A stretch of DNA of 64,000 bases from an uncultured Rivularia sp. (GTDB lineage: Bacteria; Cyanobacteriota; Cyanobacteriia; Cyanobacteriales; Nostocaceae), in the NCBI GenBank assembly GCA_963665115.1, contig OY762007.1:7040001-7104000 (forward strand). The letters are read 5' to 3'. Shown piece by piece: positions 42,911 through 56,086 of the stretch (position 1 is the stretch's first letter; each line of letters opens with the position of its first letter). Below the pieces are notes generated by a model. That model ran no database searches. It was not told where the DNA came from and saw only the letters and a program-made list of their open reading frames with translations. A program made the position numbers and the translations under genes.

Positions 42911-43903
42911 ATGTCTGATTATTCCGGCACTACAGCAGCCATAATTGAGCAAGCTATAAATTTGGAGCAAACTCTACCAATAAAAAATGAACATTGCGGT
43001 TCCAAATTCTTTTTTCAACCCAATCCAACTAAAAAGGTTTGTCTTTTATTTCACGGATTTACCGCAGGTCCCTATCAGTTTGAATCATTAGGAAAACAAT
43101 TGTTTGAGGCTGGCTATAATGTTCTGATCCCTTTACAACCAGGTCATGGAGTCGCGGGAAATTTTGATAGTGATAATCCTCCTCCTTTACCATTAGAACG
43201 GGAAGTTTATTTAGATTATGCAATTTCATGGTTACAAATTGCTCAAAAATTAGGTGATAAAGTTATTGTTGGAGGATTATCCAGCGGTGGAACTTTAGCT
43301 GCTTGGTTGGCATCAGAATTTAATCGAGAAATTGAGAAGACTATATTATTTTCTCCTTATTTAAGTAGTAAAAATGCAATTATAGATTTTGCTGTGGAAG
43401 TACTGCCAGTTTATTATGAGTGGTTCAATAAAGATAATCCGGGTAATTTTGGCTATAAAGGTTTTAAAGTTCCTGCATTACGACTATTTTTGGATCTGGG
43501 TAAAGAAATACTGGAGCGAGTGAAGAATCATCCATCATCGCCGATGTTTATTATTACTAGCGAGAGCGATGCAGTTGTCGATCGCAGTGATTTGAAAGAA
43601 TTATTTGAATCTGTAATTGATAAGCAGTCAAAATCTTGGTATTTCTGCTTCGATAAATCATTTGATATTCCCCATACAATGATGACGGAACTTGAAGGAA
43701 ATAATTATGTAGGTTTACTAAATACTGTGGCGAAAGCTTATTTAGAAAGCGATATTACTTGGAATCAAGTTTTAGAAATTGGGAATGGAATATTAAAAGG
43801 AAAACCTTTTGAGACTGCTGTAAAGGATTTAGATTTGATCGAAAAAGTTTCTCCAGATTTATCGGTGATGTTGTCGGTGATGGATAAGGAAGTGATTGTT
43901 TGA
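42911..43903 (+). CDS. Alpha/beta hydrolase (esterase/lipase)
   Basis: HGFTA, PGHG, GLSSGG nucleophile elbow, late Asp and His. Confidence 0.9.
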   Translation: MSDYSGTTAAIIEQAINLEQTLPIKNEHCGSKFFFQPNPTKKVCLLFHGFTAGPYQFESLGKQLFEAGYNVLIPLQPGHGVAGNFDSDNPPPLPLEREVYLDYAISWLQIAQKLGDKVIVGGLSSGGTLAAWLASEFNREIEKTILFSPYLSSKNAIIDFAVEVLPVYYEWFNKDNPGNFGYKGFKVPALRLFLDLGKEILERVKNHPSSPMFIITSESDAVVDRSDLKELFESVIDKQSKSWYFCFDKSFDIPHTMMTELEGNNYVGLLNTVAKAYLESDITWNQVLEIGNGILKGKPFETAVKDLDLIEKVSPDLSVMLSVMDKEVIV

Positions 43904-43913
43904 TTTAAAGCAA

Positions 43914-43966
43914 CCCTCAGACTGGAAGTCTGGGGCTACAAGAACAAAGCCCACCTGCGTGGGCTA
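43914..43966. repeat. Double-hairpin dispersed repeat, family B, copy 2
   Basis: CCCTCAGACTggaAGTCTGGGGCTAC...AAAGCCCACctgcGTGGGCT. Confidence 0.85.
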
Positions 43967-44034
43967 AGAATCGGATAAAAAACCGGGTTTCTGGTTTACT
44001 AATAATTTAAGAAGGCTATTCCTAAAAAATTCTT

Positions 44035-45450
<1,416 letters not shown>

Positions 45451-45461
45451 TTAATTTTTAA

Positions 45462-45594
45462 GTTAGGAGTAAGGCAAGAGTAAGGAGTGAGGAGTTAGGA
45501 ATAAAATTCAAGATTTATAACTTTTAATTCTTGATTCTTAATCCATAACTCTTAACTCATAACTCTTAACTCATAACTCTTAACTCATAACTCC
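45462..45594. repeat. Complementary STRR heptamer arms (GGAGTTA / TAACTCY)
   Basis: agttaggagt...ggagttagg followed by (taactct taactca) repeats. Confidence 0.85.
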
Positions 45595-45625
45595 TGTACA
45601 GACGTAGCACTGCTACGTCTCTACA
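45595..45625 (-). repeat. REP-like palindrome, family A, copy 4
   Basis: TGTACAGACGTAGCACTGCTACGTCTCTACA. Confidence 0.9.
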
Positions 45626-45631
45626 ACTTTA

Positions 45632-46432
45632 TTAGCTGTTGGGGAAGAGACGGGCTATTTCCGAATCGTCAATAGAACCGTCATTCATGTCTTCCCCGGA
45701 AAAAATTTCGTTATCTTTTTGTCTAGATTCTTCGCCCCATACATCTGTTAGCGCATCGCCGAAGCCAGTGCTATCACCATCTTTGAACTCGTCAAAGGAG
45801 ATGTCGCCAAATGCGTCATCATCTGCACTTGGGGTTTGTGCGGTTTGTTCTTCAGAAGATTCTTCTTCATAATCAGACATCTCAGACATATCTCCCAAAC
45901 CTTCAGCTTGGATGTCATCCAATCCGCTGTCTTCGCTACTAGAATTTTCTTCTAACTCTTGTCCACCCCAAGCTTCTTCTACTACCAAGGTTCCATCTTG
46001 AGAATCACCTAAGTCCATATCTGGTGCTGCAATATTTTCTACTTGAGAATCGTCCTCAAAAGAAGCAACTCCAGCAAACTCGTCTGAGTTTTCATCTACG
46101 GAGAATTCCGATTCCGAAACTTCTTCGTCTTCAGATACTGACTGCATTGGCTGTTTTCCGAGGGCTGTATCCGGATCGAAGTGCAAATCGAGTACTTCAA
46201 TCAAGGTATCAGCATCTGCATTTAACTTGGAAAACGGCAGCATTAACTGTGCTAACTTCGGCTCCAGGGCGTTTGCTACTCCCAGGATGAGGTATGAAGA
46301 CGGGCGTTTACCACCATCCGGTGTGTAAACCGAGTCCACCTCCATATGTAATTTAATCCAGTCGCGATTCGAGGCGTAGAATTGCAACCACTTCTGCTTT
46401 AAGGAATCCGTGAAACTATAAAAGAAAGCCAT
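45632..46432 (-). CDS. DUF5331-like protein with a long acidic tail
   Basis: KQKWLQFY..NRDWI, RPSSYLILG, LDLHFDPD; D/E/S-rich C-terminus. Confidence 0.8.
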   Translation of the reverse strand: MAFFYSFTDSLKQKWLQFYASNRDWIKLHMEVDSVYTPDGGKRPSSYLILGVANALEPKLAQLMLPFSKLNADADTLIEVLDLHFDPDTALGKQPMQSVSEDEEVSESEFSVDENSDEFAGVASFEDDSQVENIAAPDMDLGDSQDGTLVVEEAWGGQELEENSSSEDSGLDDIQAEGLGDMSEMSDYEEESSEEQTAQTPSADDDAFGDISFDEFKDGDSTGFGDALTDVWGEESRQKDNEIFSGEDMNDGSIDDSEIARLFPNS

Positions 46433-46465
46433 GCTATCTCCTCATCCTGAAAATAAACTAATGAT

Positions 46466-47332
46466 TTATACAATCATTAAGTCTAGTTCCTCTTCGGGAT
46501 TAGGAACCTGTGGTTTATTCGGATTTAGATAAAAATCTGACAACAATGAGAACAGTTCTCGATCTGGAGAATCCTGTGGAACTACCCCCTCGGGACGTGC
46601 CAAAAGCTGATCGGCAATGCTCAGATAATAGTCGCAAACGAAGTTTAAGGAAGGTTCTGTCTCCGCCATTTCAAATAAAGTCTTGCCTTTTACTCGGGAA
46701 ACACGGATATCTTCTATCAAAGGTAGAACTTCTAAAACTGGCATGGGAACGGATTCAATATATTTTTCAATTAAATCGCGTTTTGAGGTACGGTTGCCAA
46801 TTAAACCTGCCAGTCTCAGTGGATGAGTCCGGGCTTTTTCTCTTACAGAAGCGGCAATACGGTTAGCAGCAAATAATGCGTCAAAACCATTGTCAGTAAC
46901 GATTAAACAATAGTCGGCATAGTTGAGCGGTGCTGCGAAACCACCACAAACAACGTCACCTAGAACGTCGAACAATATTACATCATACTCATCAAAAGCG
47001 TTGAGTTCCTTGAGTAGTTTTACGGTTTCTCCAACAACATAACCGCCACATCCAGCACCTGCGGGTGGTCCGCCAGCTTCTACACAATCAACTCCGCCAT
47101 AGCCCTTGTAAATAACGTCTTCGGGCCAAATATCTTCGTAGTGGAAATCCTTCTCTTGCAAGGTATCAATAATTGTTGGAATCAAAAATCCTGTCAAGGT
47201 GAAAGTACTATCGTGTTTGGGGTCACAACCGATTTGTAGAACTTTTTTACCGCGCTTGGCTAAGGCAACGGAAATATTACAACTCGTTGTGGATTTACCG
47301 ATTCCGCCTTTTCCGTAAACTGCTAGTCTCAC
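46466..47332 (-). CDS. chlL: Dark-operative protochlorophyllide reductase iron-sulfur ATP-binding protein
   Basis: [31 protein letters not shown]. Confidence 0.99.
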   Translation of the reverse strand: MRLAVYGKGGIGKSTTSCNISVALAKRGKKVLQIGCDPKHDSTFTLTGFLIPTIIDTLQEKDFHYEDIWPEDVIYKGYGGVDCVEAGGPPAGAGCGGYVVGETVKLLKELNAFDEYDVILFDVLGDVVCGGFAAPLNYADYCLIVTDNGFDALFAANRIAASVREKARTHPLRLAGLIGNRTSKRDLIEKYIESVPMPVLEVLPLIEDIRVSRVKGKTLFEMAETEPSLNFVCDYYLSIADQLLARPEGVVPQDSPDRELFSLLSDFYLNPNKPQVPNPEEELDLMIV

Positions 47333-48349
47333 TGTTGTTTCCTCTTATAGTTTCTTGTCAAATTGACTTCATAACTTTCCTTTACCTAGATAGACAAAGG
47401 GTTGCAATGTATAGGTCGTTTTCGCTCGTTAATGTCCAAGTTACACCCAAAGCAAAAAAGATTTTGGATGATAATTGTGTTTATAGCTGATTATTTTGGT
47501 TCATTACTTAATATTTAAAACACTATTGTCTGTAAAAGTCTATCACTCGTTAAATTAACGTAATAATAGTTTTTGTTTATTTATTTATATATAAATAGTT
47601 ACAATAAACAAAAATTTTAAATACCGCTAATGTATGTATGCTCGTGGATATAATTCATTGAAAAGCAGTATAAGGCTTGTGAATAGACTTTCAAAGGGGG
47701 ATTAGGACTAGGTAAACGCCTACGACGCTAGTTTTTCATCAAAGAAACCCCTAACTAAAAGCTATTAAGATTAAAATCTGGAGCAACTTGAGCTAGAAAA
47801 ACAGGGCGATCGCCCGCACCGACCGGGATAATACTTAGTTCAATTTTTGATGAATTTAAGTAAGTTCGGTAAAACTATCGAGAAGCCCGAATCTCTTTTA
47901 AAATCAGCATTTTTTTAGTTTTTTGCTTGCTGCGTACCTAAGTAAATACTCGGTATCTTTACAGAAAAAAATTAATTTAAATTTAATGAAAAAATTGATT
48001 CAGATATGCTTGTTGCAACGAATCTGTTTCAAAGGACATTTGCTTAATTTTGAACTTCAAAGTCTTATTAGATAAAGATTTAAGATAAAAGCAAGTTAAA
48101 TGCAGTAATGTTAAAAATCATCACATTTAAAAAAATAGACTAATTTATTACGAATTTTGCATTCAAATCGATTTTCAACCAATAACTCTTGAAAGAATGT
48201 AGATATAAATATTAAAAAAAGCTTATGATTATAGGTTTATTTAGAATATGTAATATAAAAGCAAATCAATCGATAAAAATCTAATTAATAATCAAATTAA
48301 TAAATAAATGTTGAACCATATTTTAAATGTAATTCCGTTTAGGAAAATC

Positions 48350-48607
48350 TCAACAGGCATTTTCTTCCTTGGTTTGCGCCATTTCCTGTAAAGATTGCCA
48401 ACCAGGTTGCCAATTTGATCGATCTTGCAGCAGCTTGGCATTAATCCAGAAGCGAACCTCGGAATCGCAAGAAGCAACCATTTCTGCATATACCCACTTA
48501 GCTTGATTTTTGCGATTAATCACTTGAAAATGCCGCCAACCATCAATTTTTTGTCCAGATGTCCACTTAGAACCCAGTAAATAAGGGAATTTTTGTTTCT
48601 TCGCCAT
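48350..48607 (-). CDS. TIGR02450-type Trp-rich small protein
   Basis: LLGSKWT, GWRHFQV, W..GW. Confidence 0.85.
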   Translation of the reverse strand: MAKKQKFPYLLGSKWTSGQKIDGWRHFQVINRKNQAKWVYAEMVASCDSEVRFWINAKLLQDRSNWQPGWQSLQEMAQTKEENAC

Positions 48608-48903
48608 TTTCTTGCCATGCTTATCTCGTAATTATCTTAACTCGGAAGGGGGAGGGGGTAGATGGGGGGAAGAGTTAGGAGCTAGGAGTTAGGAGTTAGG
48701 AGTTAAGAATTGAAAACTCAGAACTATTAACCTTTAACCTTTGACCTTTGACCTTTAACCTGAATTTAGGGAAATACCTCTAACTAAGGGGGTGAACACC
48801 GACCCTGTAAGTTGTACGCTTATTTTTAGAATGTTTTATAGAAAGAATTGTTTATTTTTGATTTTTTTGTGGTAATTGATTTGTTACCTTTTTTACAAAG
48901 ATT

Positions 48904-51522
48904 ATGCAACCTACTAATCCAAACCAATTTACTGAAAAAGCTTGGGAGGCTATTACCCATACTCCCGAGACTGCTAAACAATATCAACAACAGCAGATTG
49001 AAAGCGAACATTTAATGAAGGCTCTGCTGGAGCAAGATGGATTGACTGCCCCTACTTTTACTAAGATGGGTGCGAATCCCATAAAGATTAAAGAACGCAC
49101 GGAAGAGTTTATCAAAAGTCAACCAAGGGTATCGGGTAGCAGTAGTTCTGTATACTTGGGACGCAGCTTAGACACTCTTTTAGATCGAGCGGATGGATAC
49201 CGCAAAGAGTTCGGTGACGAGTATATTTCTATCGAACATTTATTGCTTGCTTATGCCAGGGATGACCGTTTTGGTAAGAGTTTATTCCGAGAATTTGGCA
49301 TAGACGAAAGGAAATTAAAAGAAACTATTAAGCAAATAAGGGGGAGTCAAAAAGTGACTGACCAAAATCCAGAAGGTAAATATCAATCTCTGGAAAAATA
49401 TGGGCGTGACTTAACTCAAGCTGCTAGTGAAGGTAAGCTTGACCCTGTAATTGGCCGCGATGATGAAATTCGTCGTACCATTCAGATTTTGTCGCGACGT
49501 ACTAAAAATAACCCCGTATTAATCGGCGAACCTGGTGTTGGTAAAACGGCGATCGCCGAAGGTTTGGCGCAGCGAATTATCGCCGGAGATGTGCCGCAAT
49601 CGCTCAAAGATCGCAAGTTGATAGCTTTGGATATGGGCGCTTTGATTGCGGGTGCCAAGTTCCGGGGTGAGTTTGAGGAACGTCTCAAGGCTGTATTGAA
49701 AGAAGTTACCGAGTCTCAAGGAAATATTGTTCTATTTATTGATGAAATTCATACCGTAGTTGGGGCTGGTGCGACTCAAGGTGCGATGGATGCGGGTAAT
49801 TTGCTCAAGCCGATGTTGGCTCGGGGTGAGTTGCGCTGTATTGGTGCGACTACTTTAGATGAATATCGTAAATATATTGAAAAAGATGCGGCTTTGGAAA
49901 GACGCTTCCAACAGGTTTACGTCGGTCAACCCAGCGTGGAAGATACTGTTTCGATTCTCCGGGGTTTAAAGGAACGGTATGAAGTTCACCACGGTGTAAG
50001 GATTGCGGATAGCTCTTTGGTTGCGGCTGCTACTTTATCAAACCGTTATATTACCGACCGCTTTTTGCCCGATAAAGCCATTGATTTGGTGGATGAAGCG
50101 GCAGCGCGTTTGAAGATGGAGATTACTTCCAAACCTGAAGAATTAGACGAAATCGACCGCAAAATTCTGCAATTGGAAATGGAAAAGCTATCGCTACAAA
50201 AGGAAAGCGATGCAGCTTCTAGGGAACGTTTGGAAAGGTTAGAAAAAGAACTTGCCGATTTAAAGGAAGAACAGCGAGCGCTCAACAGTCAGTGGCAGTC
50301 GGAAAAAGACGTAATTACCAAGATTCAAACGGTAAAAGAGGAAATTGACCGAGTTAACGTAGAAATTCAGCAAGCAGAACGGGATTACGATTTGAATCGG
50401 GCTGCTGAGTTGAAATACGGTAAGTTAACCGATCTACATCGTCAATTGGAAACAGCTGAAACAGAACTTTCTCAAGCGCAGCACAGCGGTAAATCTCTGT
50501 TACGCGAAGAAGTCACCGAAGCTGATATTGCTGAAGTAATTTCTAAATGGACGGGTATCCCCATCAGTAAGTTAGTGGAATCCGAAAAAGAGAAATTATT
50601 GCATCTTGAAGATGAATTGCACAACCGCGTTGTCGGACAAGATGAAGCAGTAACGGCGATCGCCGATGCCATACAGCGTTCTCGTGCGGGACTTGCTGAC
50701 CCCAATCGTCCTATAGCTTCGTTTATTTTCCTCGGCCCTACGGGTGTTGGTAAAACCGAATTGGGTAAAGCTTTAGCTTCCTATATGTTTGACACCGAAG
50801 AAGCGATAGTGCGGATTGATATGTCCGAATACATGGAAAAACACGCCGTTTCTCGTTTAATTGGTGCCCCTCCGGGATACGTTGGTTACGAAGAAGGTGG
50901 ACAACTTACCGAAGCTATTCGCCGTCGTCCTTATGCAGTAATTCTCTTTGACGAAATTGAGAAAGCACACCCAGATGTATTTAACATCATGCTGCAAATC
51001 CTTGATGACGGAAGAGTTACCGATTCTCAAGGACGATTAGTGGACTTCAAAAACACCATTATCATCATGACGAGTAACATCGGTTCTCAGTTTATCCTTG
51101 ATGTTGCTGGGGATAATTCTCGTTATGAAGAAATGACTAACCGAGTTATGGAAGCAATGCGGAGTAGTTTCCGTCCGGAATTTCTCAACCGTATTGATGA
51201 AATCATCTTCTTCCATGCATTAGAAAAATCCGAATTACGCAAGATTGTCCAGCTACAGGTACAAAGATTGCATCATAGATTAGCAGACCGCAAGATGACT
51301 TTGAAACTTGCCGATGCTGCTCTAGACTTTTTAGCAGAAGTTGGATACGACCCAGTATACGGTGCGCGTCCGTTAAAACGTGCGATTCAGCGCGAATTAG
51401 AAACTCAAATAGCGAAGTCAATTTTGCGTGGTGAATTCAACGATGGCGATACTATCTTTGTGGATGTAGAAAACGAACGTCTTCTGTTTAAGCGCGTTCC
51501 CTCAGAGTTAGTAACTATGTAG
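48904..51522 (+). CDS. clpB: ATP-dependent chaperone ClpB
   Basis: Two AAA+ modules ([16 protein letters not shown]) and a coiled-coil M domain. Confidence 0.98.
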   Translation: MQPTNPNQFTEKAWEAITHTPETAKQYQQQQIESEHLMKALLEQDGLTAPTFTKMGANPIKIKERTEEFIKSQPRVSGSSSSVYLGRSLDTLLDRADGYRKEFGDEYISIEHLLLAYARDDRFGKSLFREFGIDERKLKETIKQIRGSQKVTDQNPEGKYQSLEKYGRDLTQAASEGKLDPVIGRDDEIRRTIQILSRRTKNNPVLIGEPGVGKTAIAEGLAQRIIAGDVPQSLKDRKLIALDMGALIAGAKFRGEFEERLKAVLKEVTESQGNIVLFIDEIHTVVGAGATQGAMDAGNLLKPMLARGELRCIGATTLDEYRKYIEKDAALERRFQQVYVGQPSVEDTVSILRGLKERYEVHHGVRIADSSLVAAATLSNRYITDRFLPDKAIDLVDEAAARLKMEITSKPEELDEIDRKILQLEMEKLSLQKESDAASRERLERLEKELADLKEEQRALNSQWQSEKDVITKIQTVKEEIDRVNVEIQQAERDYDLNRAAELKYGKLTDLHRQLETAETELSQAQHSGKSLLREEVTEADIAEVISKWTGIPISKLVESEKEKLLHLEDELHNRVVGQDEAVTAIADAIQRSRAGLADPNRPIASFIFLGPTGVGKTELGKALASYMFDTEEAIVRIDMSEYMEKHAVSRLIGAPPGYVGYEEGGQLTEAIRRRPYAVILFDEIEKAHPDVFNIMLQILDDGRVTDSQGRLVDFKNTIIIMTSNIGSQFILDVAGDNSRYEEMTNRVMEAMRSSFRPEFLNRIDEIIFFHALEKSELRKIVQLQVQRLHHRLADRKMTLKLADAALDFLAEVGYDPVYGARPLKRAIQRELETQIAKSILRGEFNDGDTIFVDVENERLLFKRVPSELVTM

Positions 51523-51550
51523 TGCCCGTTAAAGTTGAAATAGTTTATTC

Positions 51551-51585
51551 AAAACCTGGTTTCCGAAAAGAAACTGGGTTTTTTT
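51551..51585 (+). terminator. Terminator after clpB (AAACC(C/T)GGTTTC-type palindrome)
   Basis: AAACCTGGTTTC cgaaaa GAAACTGGGTTT followed by a T-run. Confidence 0.75.
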
Positions 51586-52666
51586 ATTTTTTTATATATT
51601 TATCCGGTTTCTTAGATCTATAAATTTAAGCAAAGAAAAATATAATTAATTCGTCAATTTTGTCAAACATTTTAATAGTATTTTAGTTAACAAATCTAAT
51701 TAGGACTTACGCAGTGAAACCAAAAATCAAGGTTTTAGGCTATAGGTAAAAGGGAACGGGGAACTCTTAATTACAGCGATTTTAAATATCTAAGTGCGGC
51801 TATTCCTACTAATAAAGCCGTATTTTTTTTCTTTATGAATAACTTTGCAAGTAAAGATAATATACTGTTGACATCGAAAAAAGCCTAAAGTTACCTAGAA
51901 TACTAATTATCAAATAATAAAATTGATATTGCTGTATTTGATGCTTCTTACCAATATATACAGCCAAAATCAAAGCTACTTATCAAAAACGGTAACAGAA
52001 ACTGTCAGTTTGATTTGTTAACTAGATAACTAAATTGACATATTGCCAAATACTAAGCTAAAACTTGAATGGTCTAACCACTCTTGTATAATTTAGCTAG
52101 GAGTATTAATAATACTGAGAAAGGTAAAATTAACCTAGCCGTTTTGGTTTTGCTTATTTATAATTGTTGCTAAAAATGTAACAACAACCAGAAATAAGTA
52201 GTTTTAAAGCAAATTTATTGATGAAGGTAAATAACTGCCAAACTGGCAACAAGCTATCTTAAAATTTGTTATTCATTTATTTACCAGCTTGACTCAATTC
52301 ATCTTTAAAAGCGTTAAGCGATAATATATTTAATTCAAGCTGCAATCAGGATAACAAATTAAAGTGTTGAATAATTATTTACAGTTCAACGGTTAGGAAG
52401 CGAAAAAGCACGGGATTCTGTTTTTTTGTATAAATTAATTGCATCTAGATTTGATGTTTTTTACTACGACAATTATTAGATATTTTTTGTAGCTAACCTA
52501 ACAATTTAATCCCAGCAAGGAAAGATAATTGCGCGTACCACTTACTCTCAAGCAGAAAAACTATCTGCTCCGCCTGTATGGTATAAAATTCAAATTGGGT
52601 TATTAAATAAAGTTACAAATCAAACGAGGAAGTGCAAAAATTACTTTATTAAAACACCGTACTAGC

Positions 52667-54370
52667 ATGATTGGTCAGTTACTAGCAGGACGCTACAAAG
52701 TACTCCAAATATTAGCTGAAGGAGGCTTTGGACAAACTTATATCTGTTCGGACATTCATCTTCCCGGAGAACCTAAATGCGTTCTAAAGCATTTAAAGAC
52801 TACTAGTAGCTCACCGGAAACTTTAGAAGCAGCTAGAAGATTGTTTCAAAAAGAAGCCGATACACTACAACAGTTGGGAAATCACGATCAAATTCCCAGA
52901 CTTTTAGCTTATTTTGATGACAACAACCAGTTTTATCTGGTACAAGAATTAATTGAAGGACATTCTCTGAGCAGAGAATTACCCCAGGGGAGAAAATTAA
53001 GTCAAAGTCAAGCAATAGACATTTTGACCGAAATATTATCTGTTTTGCAGTTTGTGCATAGTCAAGGAGTAATTCACCGCGACATTAAACCCGACAATCT
53101 CATTAGACGTGCTTCAGATAATAAGTTAGTCTTAATTGATTTTGGTGCAATCAAGCAATTACGCAGTCAAACCGCGACTAATTCGGCAAAGCAAAATGTC
53201 ACATTAGTTGTAGGAACTCGGGGCTATATGCCTTCCGAACAAATTAGGCGTTTACCGCGTCAAGGAAGTGATATTTACGCTTTGGGAATGATTGCGATTC
53301 AAGCGTTAACAGGTGTATACCCTTACGAACTTCAAGACGATCCAAATACCGGAGAAATACTTTGGGAACACCTTAGAGAAGTAGATCCAGCATTTGCAGA
53401 AGTTATAAATAAGATGACGCGCTACCATTTTAAAGAGCGCTATCAAACTGTAGATGAAGTAATACAAGCTTTAAAAGAATTACCAATTCTTGAACCCGAT
53501 GTAGTAGAAAGCAATACTAATAATGGTTTATACGAACTTAGTTTAGAGTGGGTAGAATCCAACGATATTAAAACTTATAAAATTACTAATAACCAATTTA
53601 GTAAGATTCCAGGGAAAATTCGTATTGGCCGTGACCCCCAAGATTGCGATATCGTTTTATCAGAACTAACAGTGTCCGCACTACACGTAGAAATATTTTT
53701 CAATCCAGAAAAAGAAAAATTCTATTTGCGAAATCTTCGTCAAAAAAATCCACCTATCCTTGATGGTCAATTACTTTTAGCCGGAGAAATGTCGCTTTCT
53801 ATAAATAGCGTACTGCGTTTAGGACAACAAAATATAAAAGTTAAAGATATTACTTCTACAGAGTATGCAAATAATGTTGTTCCTGCTTATTACAAGAGTA
53901 AAAATTTTGCAGTTGAACCACAACAACCCATAGTTAAAACTGCTCGACTTCCGAAGATCCCTAGCAAACCAGAAGAACCCTCGGGGACGAAACCTTTAAA
54001 GGCAACTCCCTCAATCCCAATGCTTAGAAATGTACTACCGATAGGTGTAAAAAGCATAGGTGTAGCAACTGTTTTAGCTAGTGTTGGAGGGTTCGCATTA
54101 TTTAATACGGCCAATTTTGGTAAAGCCAGCTCGCAACACAATAATTTTCTATCGCAACAACCCCAACTTTGTCGTATTATCGATCCCCCCGAAACAACAA
54201 AATTACCAGAAATACGCCATCAACCTTACAGAGAAGCCGAAGGTTTTAAAACTGTAGATCCAGGAGAAAAAGTTTTATTTCTCAAATCTCAAGGTGACTT
54301 TGTAAAAATTAAACTTGAAGATGACACTCAAGGTTGGATTTTTTATGACCAAGTACAGCCTTGTAATTAA
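52667..54370 (+). CDS. Ser/Thr protein kinase with FHA domain, TM helix and C-terminal SH3b-like domain
   Basis: GGFG, HRDIKPDN, DFG; IGR...S..H; hydrophobic helix; VKIKL...GWI. Confidence 0.93.
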   Translation: MIGQLLAGRYKVLQILAEGGFGQTYICSDIHLPGEPKCVLKHLKTTSSSPETLEAARRLFQKEADTLQQLGNHDQIPRLLAYFDDNNQFYLVQELIEGHSLSRELPQGRKLSQSQAIDILTEILSVLQFVHSQGVIHRDIKPDNLIRRASDNKLVLIDFGAIKQLRSQTATNSAKQNVTLVVGTRGYMPSEQIRRLPRQGSDIYALGMIAIQALTGVYPYELQDDPNTGEILWEHLREVDPAFAEVINKMTRYHFKERYQTVDEVIQALKELPILEPDVVESNTNNGLYELSLEWVESNDIKTYKITNNQFSKIPGKIRIGRDPQDCDIVLSELTVSALHVEIFFNPEKEKFYLRNLRQKNPPILDGQLLLAGEMSLSINSVLRLGQQNIKVKDITSTEYANNVVPAYYKSKNFAVEPQQPIVKTARLPKIPSKPEEPSGTKPLKATPSIPMLRNVLPIGVKSIGVATVLASVGGFALFNTANFGKASSQHNNFLSQQPQLCRIIDPPETTKLPEIRHQPYREAEGFKTVDPGEKVLFLKSQGDFVKIKLEDDTQGWIFYDQVQPCN

Positions 54371-54910
54371 GGAGTTAGGAGTTGGGAGTTAAGAGTTAGG
54401 AGTTATACAAATTCTGTATGAGACTGCGCTTAATCACCCTTAGCTTGGTAGTCCTTTTCATTAGTTTTGCGGTGCAACACATTCTTAGTGGGAGCGTCTC
54501 GCTCCCTCGGGTATGTCCGTCCTATGTCCTCACGCTCGGCGAACAGACACGCTGAGCCGCACTGCGTGAACGCTAACGCACTTCCTAATCCTGAGAACTT
54601 ATGTGGTTGCCAGTACTTGACCACATTAATTTTACTGATAATTGGTGACTGAGAATACGTATTTTCCTCAATGCGTGACAGGGAATACTTAAATAAAATA
54701 ATACATATCATCAGGGGTTTTTGTTCCGGACTGCTTCAGAGGTTGGTTTGAGGTTGTTATACAGGAACAATATTTTTTCATGAGCATCTATGAGTTTTAT
54801 CCGTATAACTACTCCCAACCATTGAATAAGAAGTTATCTGAAACTAAATCTACAGCTTTCAGTATGTAGTTTTTGAGAAATAAGTCACGCGAGTGAGGAG
54901 ATAAGGTTTT

Positions 54911-55147
54911 ATGTCACTTGAACAGGTTGATGCTTTCTACGAAAATTTGATGGCAAACCAGGAAGTTTACGAACAATATTATAAAAGTTGTTCTGTAAAA
55001 GGCGTTTTTGGTGTGTGGAATTGGGATAAGGAAAAAATAGTTAATTTTGCTGCTACTCTAGGCTATGAATTTACAGAGCCGGAGCTAGATGAAGTTTTGT
55101 TTGATACCGGAGCGATAGATTCTAATAAAACTTTGAATTTACGTTAA
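54911..55147 (+). CDS. Nif11-like leader peptide domain protein
   Basis: MSLEQVDAFY...IVNFAATLGYEFTEPEL pattern; GAGGAG upstream. Confidence 0.7.
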   Translation: MSLEQVDAFYENLMANQEVYEQYYKSCSVKGVFGVWNWDKEKIVNFAATLGYEFTEPELDEVLFDTGAIDSNKTLNLR

Positions 55148-55505
55148 TAAGTTGTGTGGGGAATTAAGTTTAAATTATCTTGTTTAATTTAAAGGTTTAG
55201 ACAGCTTTTTCAGTGTGATTATTTGTACCGTTTTTGTATAAAAATGCGCCTATTTTAACCCACCATTCAGGTGGGCTTTGTTTTAGTCGCCGTTGTAGTA
55301 AATGCCGTCCAGACTTCTAAACTATGGTTGATTTAGCACAACCTATACAGAATTAGTATTTGAATGAAGAAGCCCGGTTTCTGTAAAAAGAACCGGGCTT
55401 TCGATTAATTAAAATTCTTATAACCCAATAACCTATAAAAATTTGGTTAAGACACAAAGACGCTGATGGATTCTATCTTTTTTTCTGTGTCTTAATAAAT
55501 AGCTA

Positions 55506-56081
55506 TTAAAATCGTGTCCCTGGTTGTTTCAAAAATTCCTTTTCTTCAGGATTTGAAGGTCGTCCTAAAATTATATTGCGATGGGGAAAGCGCCCGAAAC
55601 GTTCGATTACCGATCTATGACGAATTGCGTTTTCAATAGCGCTTGCACTTTCTCTATCTCCGCTCAGTTTCTGATACAGCTTCACCGCTTGACGCTGATG
55701 TTCGATATTTTCGCTGTGTACAAAAGGTAAATACACGAACCAACGCTGTACATTTAATAATTGTCGATCGAAGCCTTGAGCTATTGCTTGATGGGCTGTT
55801 GAGAGTGCTTCCCAATCGGTAGCGAAAGCTTGAGGATCTTCGCGAAAAATATTTCGAGGGAATTGATCTAGTAGCAAAATTAAAGCCAAGCAAGTATCGG
55901 GCGAATGCTTCCATTCGTCCAACTTTCCTCCTGCTGCTTTTTCGTAATCTGTAAGAAAACGCCCTCGTATTTCTTCATCAAACTCTGGTTCTTTTGCAAA
56001 CCAAGCTTTCTTGGGCTTACCGTAATCCGGTTCATCCCGGCTACCAAACCAAAAGTCAAGAATTTCATTTGCCTGTGACAT
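55506..56081 (-). CDS. DUF924 family protein
   Basis: ILDFWFG, LDQFPRNIFR, FGRFPHRN. Confidence 0.93.
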   Translation of the reverse strand: MSQANEILDFWFGSRDEPDYGKPKKAWFAKEPEFDEEIRGRFLTDYEKAAGGKLDEWKHSPDTCLALILLLDQFPRNIFREDPQAFATDWEALSTAHQAIAQGFDRQLLNVQRWFVYLPFVHSENIEHQRQAVKLYQKLSGDRESASAIENAIRHRSVIERFGRFPHRNIILGRPSNPEEKEFLKQPGTRF

Positions 56082-56086
56082 CGCTT

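Noticed and set aside
47333..48349. Riboswitch, ncRNA or NtcA site in the 1-kb chlL upstream region
   Set aside because: I found no recognisable aptamer or clean GTA-N8-TAC by eye; a covariance-model search would be needed.
54430..54711. 93-aa minus-strand and 61-aa plus-strand ORFs
   Set aside because: They run through repeat-derived sequence and have no recognisable protein features.
54725..54730. TCCGGA (heterocyst DIF1-like motif) upstream of the Nif11-like gene; another at about 56759
   Set aside because: A lone hexamer is expected by chance and there is no TSS information.
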